The notes under the pieces were generated by a model. It ran no database searches. It was not told where the DNA came from and saw only the letters and a list, made by a program, of their open reading frames with translations. The position numbers and the translations under genes are program-made. This document shows, in pieces, positions 58,272 through 64,000 of a stretch of DNA of 64,000 nucleotides. This stretch comes from Candidatus Hydrogenedentota bacterium (GTDB lineage: Bacteria > Hydrogenedentota > Hydrogenedentia > Hydrogenedentales > GCA-2746185): the NCBI GenBank assembly GCA_046583315.1, contig JAYGCN010000288.1, positions 24,807 to 88,806 of the forward strand. Direction: 5' to 3'. Within the stretch, counting starts at the first letter, position 1, and the number at the start of each line of letters is the position of its first letter.

Positions 58272-59824
58272 GTGTATTTCTTTTCCTGCATCAGCAATAC
58301 TCCGACAAAAAGGCCTGAGAACAACAGAATCAACATGGCAAAGGGAGCCGCCTCAGCGAAAAAGGCCTCTTCGATGAACGACCACACGTTCACCGCGAGT
58401 GTGTTGTAGCCCAGCGGAGAGAGAATCAGTGTCAGGTGCAGTTCTTTCATGCACGACAGAAAAATAAAGGCCGCGCTGATCAACATACCGTTTTTGATTA
58501 GCGGCAGGGTCACCGAAAAAATCGTACGGAATCGGGAGTAACCCAGCGATTGCGCCGCTTCTTCTATCCGGGGACTTGTCTGATACAGCGCGCTGCGGAT
58601 GGGGCCAACCGCTTCTGCCAGATAGTGGAAGGTGTAGGCGTATACGAGCAAGAAGAGGGTCTGGTACAAGCTGGGGACCAGTTTCAGTGAGAAAAACACG
58701 AGACCCAGCGCGAAGGCCAGTGCCGGAATGGAGTAGCCGATATAGGTGGAACGTTCCAGCAGACGGGTGACACGCGATGGCATGCGAATGCTGAGGTAGG
58801 CGATGGGAATGACCAGTAGCGTGGCGAAAAACGCGGCGGGTAGACTCGCAAAAATGGAACCCTTGAGCGCGTCGATCAAATCAGGACGCAATCTGGACAA
58901 ATCCGCTTTTCCCATCCAATACAAAATCGTGCTCACCGGCGCGACGACACTGACGAAGAGAATCGACATCGTAAATCCATACGCGACGGGTGCCCACTTC
59001 CCGAGCGGTCTCGGTTTGATGGCACGAACGCCCGTTGAACCTGCTTTGTCAAAGCGAAGCCGTCGCAAAAACCAGGTTTCGATAAGCAAAAAGAGTCCCG
59101 TAATCGCAATGAGCATAATGGCGATGCAGGCCGCATAGGATCGATCAAAAGCCGAGTTGTATTGTGTGTACAAGGCATAACTCAAGGTCTCGTAACGCAT
59201 CAGGCTCACCGTGGCGAAATCGGATAACACATGCAGCGAAATCAGCATCGAGCCGGACAGCAATGCCGGTTTGAGTTGCGGGAGCAGCACGCGCCAGGTT
59301 ACACCACGCGCACCATAGCCCAACGAATGAGCGACGTCTTCAAGAGCGGGATCGAGCGTGAGCATGGCCGCGCGCAGGTTGAAAAAAATATACGGGAAAT
59401 TGCAAAGACTGAGGATGACCACCGCGCCCCAGTATCCGTGAAAACGCGGGAAGACCCAATCGGTCAGTTGAGCCACCGCACCGATATTACCGCCCATCGA
59501 AAGTAGCGCATAGGCCATCAAATAAGATGGGATCGCCAATGGGAGAACACCCACCAGCGCCCAAAAGCGTTTTCCGCGCATCGCAGAACGGGTCGTGAGC
59601 CAAGCCAGGGGATAAGCCACGAGCGTGCTCATCGTAAGTACCCCCAGCACCAGCAGCATCGTGTTTTTCAGCAGCTCCCAATTGCGCGGACGCAACAGGA
59701 GTTCCATGAACGCTTCAGGCCCCGCCTCCATCGCACGCATCGCCAGATACAGCAAGGGAAGAAAGCCTCCCAGTAAAAGGAGGGCGATTCCCAGCACGAC
59801 CAATTTCGGCGGCGTACGTGTCAT
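58268..59824 (-). CDS. Fe3+-type ABC transporter permease (FbpB-like)
   Basis: Duplicated permease with LEDVAHSLG and IEEAAQSLG EAA loops. Confidence 0.92.
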   Translation of the reverse strand: MTRTPPKLVVLGIALLLLGGFLPLLYLAMRAMEAGPEAFMELLLRPRNWELLKNTMLLVLGVLTMSTLVAYPLAWLTTRSAMRGKRFWALVGVLPLAIPSYLMAYALLSMGGNIGAVAQLTDWVFPRFHGYWGAVVILSLCNFPYIFFNLRAAMLTLDPALEDVAHSLGYGARGVTWRVLLPQLKPALLSGSMLISLHVLSDFATVSLMRYETLSYALYTQYNSAFDRSYAACIAIMLIAITGLFLLIETWFLRRLRFDKAGSTGVRAIKPRPLGKWAPVAYGFTMSILFVSVVAPVSTILYWMGKADLSRLRPDLIDALKGSIFASLPAAFFATLLVIPIAYLSIRMPSRVTRLLERSTYIGYSIPALAFALGLVFFSLKLVPSLYQTLFLLVYAYTFHYLAEAVGPIRSALYQTSPRIEEAAQSLGYSRFRTIFSVTLPLIKNGMLISAAFIFLSCMKELHLTLILSPLGYNTLAVNVWSFIEEAFFAEAAPFAMLILLFSGLFVGVLLMQEKKYT

Positions 59825-59828
59825 GATT

Positions 59829-60830
59829 TTAGATTAATCCTACTTCCGTGAGCAGGGAGAGTGTGGCTTTCAAATCGTCCAGCTCATCCAGCTTTGTCTT
59901 TGGAACCAACGCGATCAACTCTTTACGAGGAACGAGTCGTGCATTGGGGATTACATTGTCCATCACCGGGTACTCGAAAATCTGACTCGTGAAATACTGC
60001 TGCGCCTTCGGACCAAGAAGATACTGAATTAGCTCCAGCGCGGAAACATTTCTCGCGCTGTTCTTCAGCACTCCGACACCGGAGACGAATACTAGATTGC
60101 CGATGTCGCCTGCTTCGAAAAACGTCTGCGCGACGGGATAATTTGAGTCAGACGTTTTGAATCGTAACAGGTAGTAGTGATTGGGAAGGCCCAGATCAAT
60201 TTCGCCGGCCGCTAGTGCCTGAATGATCGGCGTGTTCTTCGGGTAGGCCTTCGCGCCGTTCTTTTTCATGCCCAAGAGCCATGCCTTCGTTTTATCCTTG
60301 CCATACTCGCTGTACATGGCCGTGACAAATGCCTGAAACGAACCGTTTGTCGGTGCCCAGCCAACACGTCCTTTCCATTTCGAATCGGTCAATTCAAAAA
60401 CACTCTTCGGGAGCTCCGCTTCCTTCACGCGATCTGGCGCATACGCCAACACCCGCGCGCGACCACTCGTGCCAACCCATGTCTTGTCCGAACTGACGAA
60501 GTGGAGGGGGATCTCATTGGTAATCGAAGCGGGCAACTTCGCGAAAAGACCCATTTTGCTCACCGCACCAAGCGCGCCGGCATCCTGCGCCCAGAAAATA
60601 TTTGCCGGAGAGCGGTCACCTTCCTCTTGTAGTGTTAAGGCGAGCTGTGCCGTATTTCCATACTTGACCGTGACCTTGATTCCGGTTTCACGCTGAAACT
60701 GGTCGATAATCGGGGCGACGAGACTTTTACTGCGGCCTGAATAGAGGATAACCTCGTCGGCGGAAGCGAGACCGCTATCGAATAAAGGGAGGCTGACAGC
60801 GATGGCGAGCATGAGGATTACGCGATTCAT
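59829..60830 (-). CDS. Fe3+-type ABC transporter substrate-binding protein (FbpA/FutA-like)
   Basis: Signal peptide; LYSGR, WAQDAGALG, GWAPTNGSF, NHYY (tandem Tyr ligands) and FEYP; ATG 60830 with AGGAG RBS. Confidence 0.9.
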   Translation of the reverse strand: MNRVILMLAIAVSLPLFDSGLASADEVILYSGRSKSLVAPIIDQFQRETGIKVTVKYGNTAQLALTLQEEGDRSPANIFWAQDAGALGAVSKMGLFAKLPASITNEIPLHFVSSDKTWVGTSGRARVLAYAPDRVKEAELPKSVFELTDSKWKGRVGWAPTNGSFQAFVTAMYSEYGKDKTKAWLLGMKKNGAKAYPKNTPIIQALAAGEIDLGLPNHYYLLRFKTSDSNYPVAQTFFEAGDIGNLVFVSGVGVLKNSARNVSALELIQYLLGPKAQQYFTSQIFEYPVMDNVIPNARLVPRKELIALVPKTKLDELDDLKATLSLLTEVGLI

Positions 60831-60872
60831 GGTGGTGACTAAGCTCCTGAATATCAATGGTTTACTCTCGAA

Positions 60873-60891
60873 TTAAGTATAGTATACAAAT
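60873..60891. promoter_or_regulatory. Possible DtxR-type 9-1-9 operator upstream of the iron ABC operon
   Basis: TTAAGTATA-G-TATACAAAT with a perfect GTATA-G-TATAC core. Confidence 0.4.
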
Positions 60892-60962
60892 GTTATTCGA
60901 GTGAATCAATCGTAGATTGGAGCAAACTTGTGGTAGGGATAGTACCTTTTTTCGAAATGAAC

Positions 60963-60982
60963 TTATATGTTTGAACATATAA
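60963..60982. promoter_or_regulatory. Perfect 9-2-9 AT-rich palindrome, candidate operator
   Basis: TTATATGTT-TG-AACATATAA between the regulator and the binding-protein gene. Confidence 0.5.
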
Positions 60983-61021
60983 AACTATCGAATTAGTCCT
61001 AAGTCATTACAATGTGGTAGA

Positions 61022-61579
61022 TTACGACGTCTTTTTGCCGCTTTCGAGGAATGACCCCGAACAAATGGGGCATTCGGCACTACCATCGCAGGAATGCCCT
61101 CCCTCAGCGATATACTCCGAAAAACGCTTTGCCAGGTCCTTATCGCGCTCGATAAAGTGGATCAGCTCAATCAATTGACGGCCCGTCTCCTGGCTCATCA
61201 GATGCTCCATTTTACAGGCGTCGCTAAAGGCGATATCTTTGGGAATGGCAAGAATATCCCCGAAGAACTTGGACAGAATACGAAAGTTGTGTTCCACAAT
61301 GTTCGCCATCGCCGCGCCATCTTCGGCCAGCAGCAACATGCGGTTGGGATCTTCTTTCACCCAGCCCCGTTTCTTCAGGTGAGCGATGGACATCGAGGCG
61401 GCACCGCGGGACACTTCGAGCTTGTCAGCCACATCGGTCACCCGGGCATAGCCCAATTCCTCCCGAAGACTGTCTATCGCCATCAGATAATGGGCGGCGG
61501 AATGGGTGAGTTCGTTCTTCTCGAACTCCCGCCAGTAACTCGAATCGTTGATTTCTTTGGACACAACCGTATCTCCCAC
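61022..61579 (-). CDS. DtxR/MntR family metal-dependent transcriptional regulator
   Basis: HYLMAI, ARVTDVADKLEVSR HTH and DACKMEH motifs; Cys-rich C-terminus. Confidence 0.9.
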   Translation of the reverse strand: MGDTVVSKEINDSSYWREFEKNELTHSAAHYLMAIDSLREELGYARVTDVADKLEVSRGAASMSIAHLKKRGWVKEDPNRMLLLAEDGAAMANIVEHNFRILSKFFGDILAIPKDIAFSDACKMEHLMSQETGRQLIELIHFIERDKDLAKRFSEYIAEGGHSCDGSAECPICSGSFLESGKKTS

Positions 61580-61633
61580 AACACAACTTCCTTCTCAGCG
61601 CGTATTGTAATTCCCCAGCCAAACCCGAATCAA

Positions 61634-61680
61634 CTTACTCTTTCTTTGAGGGGAAAGAAAAAGTAGGCAAAAAGAAACCG
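61634..61680 (-). repeat. Intergenic palindromic repeat, copy B
   Basis: Minus strand reads CGGTTTCTTTTTGCCTACTTTTTCTTT-CCCCTC-AAAGAAAGAGTAAG. Confidence 0.5.
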
Positions 61681-61800
61681 GATTGCTGCTACGCAACCCT
61701 CTGGTGGGTAGGTAGAACTGATTGGGGAGGAGTTATTTGGGCTCTGGAGGAGGGGGCATAAACCTTACTACTAGCGGGAAAAGCACTTTTCCTATCATTT

Positions 61801-62952
61801 TCATGATTCCACCGGTTGGCTTCGAATTGGCTGCGCTGGCGAACTTGCCGAGGCCCAATGGTCGTGGATATCGCTGGACGCGGCCCGTGTCGGGGAATCC
61901 AACGCAATTCCCGTGGCATCGGCGATACGATTCATGCGCTCGAAGTTTCCGATGACCGCTGCGGAATCCACCAGCGCTTCGAATCCCAGCGTGTCGATGA
62001 TGGCTGCGTGCGCTTTGATGACTTGTGCATCCGATCCCTTGACGACCGCATCGACGATCGCGCACAACAGATCGGCATGTGCGATACCACTGTCTTCGGG
62101 CGCGGCACTATCGTTCACCACGTTGATGTCGACTCCGTCTCCCTGCATCTGACCACTCCCACGGAGCAGTAATGCGTGCGAAGACGTTCAGTAGAAACAT
62201 TCATTGATGGCGGACACGCGCGCCGCGATCAATTCAATCTGCAAGCGATCAATCACGCGATTTCCCGGTGCGCGAAAATCCGGTATGTCTTTCACGCTGA
62301 GATACATCGCGTCCGAAAGTCGCGCGAGGTTGCGCACTTCGTCGGGCACCAGACTCATCGAACGCAACACGTTCGGCATGCGCGGGTATCCGTGGTACAA
62401 CATTTTTTCCGGCTCGGCGAGATCGCTCACCTTGATCATCGGCACCCAACCGCCACTGTCGGACAAGCCTTGGGGTCGATAGCCCGTCGCGACATCCGAG
62501 GTTGACTCCGGCAACGGTTCCACGGGCAATCCCAACGCGCGATGAAACGCGTCGATACTTTTCAAGATGGAAGCGATGCCTACGATCTCCACCCACTGCG
62601 AATCTGACAGACCTGCGCGCAACGTCTTTTCGTAAAAACTTTTGCTGAGGCGTTCGGCGTCTGAAGAAATGCGATGCACCGTGTTGGTAGCCAAATCTGA
62701 AAGTACGCCGCTGCAATCATGGGTGCCCTTTACCGAATTGGGGGAGAGGGCGGCCTTGCTTTCCCTGCACAACGCGCAGGTTTCCGCGTAACGTGATTCG
62801 TCAGCTATAGCAACGCGTTCTGCACTCGACCAGCCCGGTCCAGGCGCGGCAATATGCGCCCATGCTGCCCGGAACGACTCCGCTAAATCCAGCCGAATCG
62901 ATTGCTCAAGCCCTGAAAAATCGAATTGTTCCAGCGTGTTCATGGAATCCAT
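61801..62952 (-). CDS. AhpD/carboxymuconolactone decarboxylase-like putative selenoprotein (TGA 62188-62190 = Sec); true 3' end may be 61733
   Basis: ORF 62188..62952 ends ELIAARVSAINECFY-TGA; the frame continues TSSHALLLRGSGQ into ORF 61801..62148, giving the AhpD motif CxxUxxxH. Confidence 0.8.
62145..62175 (-). promoter_or_regulatory. Candidate bacterial SECIS hairpin
   Basis: +13 to +43 after UGA: GCAU-U-ACUGCUC-[CGUGG]-GAGUGGU-CAG-AUGC; the apical loop carries GU at +26/+27. Confidence 0.7.
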
Positions 62953-62999
62953 TGTGGCCCAATCGATCCCAGATTACAAATTCGTATCGGTCCCGCCAA

Positions 63000-63629
63000 T
63001 TACCGATAATCCTGCACACGCGTTTTCTTGGTGAAGGGATTGTAGTAGAGTTCCATGATCATTACGTCGTCCTCAATGACCAGCATCGTCGCTCCCGAAG
63101 AATCGAATTCGCGTTGCAGCGCGCGGATCGATTGCGATGCCAGCGCTTCCAGATCGCCTTCCTGAATGTCCGACGCCGTGTTGCTTACGTACAGCGTCAG
63201 CAGATTCTCGCGCACTTCAACCCCTGTGATGAGTCTCGGCGCAAAATTATTCCATGCGTCAATCAGACGATGCGCAAATGCCTCCGCCTGTTCCGTCTCC
63301 GCGATGATCGTACCAGCGTTGCCCGTTAACACGCCGCTACTTTTTAGCGAGGACGCATCCGCCCCAGAATCCTGCCCCGCCAAGTCCACCATCCACCGAC
63401 TGCCGAACATCGCAATCACCACCAACCCTACGCCGATTCGTATCAGCATCTGATGCCGACGTTTTTTCTTGCGACGTTTGTGTCGATACTCCTTCGCGTC
63501 CTCCAGAAAGGTGCTGACCAATCCGTTCTCGCGCAGGATACGTCGCGCGTCCCCAATCGTGTGCGCCGCGATGGTACCTGAGCGTTGCTCTCCATAGGCG
63601 TTGTCAGCTTTGTACACATACTTAATCAT
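63000..63629 (-). CDS. Single-pass membrane protein with a PilC/GspF-like N-terminal motif
   Basis: YVYKADNAYGEQRSGTIAA...ARRILRENGL, basic stretch, one TM helix, then an unknown soluble domain; GGAG upstream. Confidence 0.7.
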   Translation of the reverse strand: MIKYVYKADNAYGEQRSGTIAAHTIGDARRILRENGLVSTFLEDAKEYRHKRRKKKRRHQMLIRIGVGLVVIAMFGSRWMVDLAGQDSGADASSLKSSGVLTGNAGTIIAETEQAEAFAHRLIDAWNNFAPRLITGVEVRENLLTLYVSNTASDIQEGDLEALASQSIRALQREFDSSGATMLVIEDDVMIMELYYNPFTKKTRVQDYR

Positions 63630-64000
63630 GGAGAAACTCCATTGTTACATCGGCATGTGACGGTACTGTCGCGATCGTGCTCGGCCGACGTCGGATTGTG
63701 GTGGTACGTCTGGACTCGATAATATATCTTTTACAATAACACGAATTGTGATTTTTCGCCATAAAAAAGATTGATTCCAGGAGTGCTAAATTCTATTAAA
63801 TGCTGGTATCTCTCCCATGGTATACGTGCGATGAAATTGAATCGCAGGCTCAAGTGCTTTAACGCAAAGGGGCAAAGGCGTGAAGAGGCAAAGGAGGAAA
63901 GTGAAAACTGCTTCGTTCGACCGTGGATGATGGCGGAATTGGACATGCGCAAGGCCATTGCTCCTTTCCGTGTCATTTTCAGCGTGACCGGGAATCTTAT

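Noticed and set aside
63731..63976. 81-aa minus-strand ORF
   Set aside because: Appears to be translation of the GCAAAG repeat and AT-rich intergenic DNA; no protein motif.

Overview
Bacterial chromosomal window, gene-dense, with no rRNA, tRNA, CRISPR array or intact transposase recognised. Host not assignable from sequence alone. (1) A ~21 kb single-strand lipid cluster, pfaD-pfaA(4 ACP)-pfaBC-oleA-oleB-oleC-oleD, joins a PUFA-type synthase to head-to-head olefin biosynthesis and ends in an overlapping inorganic pyrophosphatase. (2) A small AbrB-fold protein with vicinal Cys-Cys precedes arsM, behind a near-consensus sigma70 promoter covered by a 14-1-14 inverted repeat; no arsR is present in the window. 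(3) Housekeeping and metabolic genes: gltA, nhaA, two acyl-CoA ligases, recQ, msrP, pdxJ, two fabH, smg-topA-xerC, arsC-like, a Ca/Na antiporter, and an Fe3+-type ABC transporter with a DtxR-family regulator. (4) Secreted multidomain hydrolases: a triple amidohydrolase fusion and a PD40-PA-M28-PDZ peptidase. Signals the ORF track misses: an AhpD-like gene whose TGA stop is very probably selenocysteine (C-F-Y-U-T-S-S-H, open reading frame continues, SECIS-like hairpin follows); an ankyrin membrane gene broken by an in-frame TAG and a frameshift; and a dispersed intergenic palindromic repeat in three copies.
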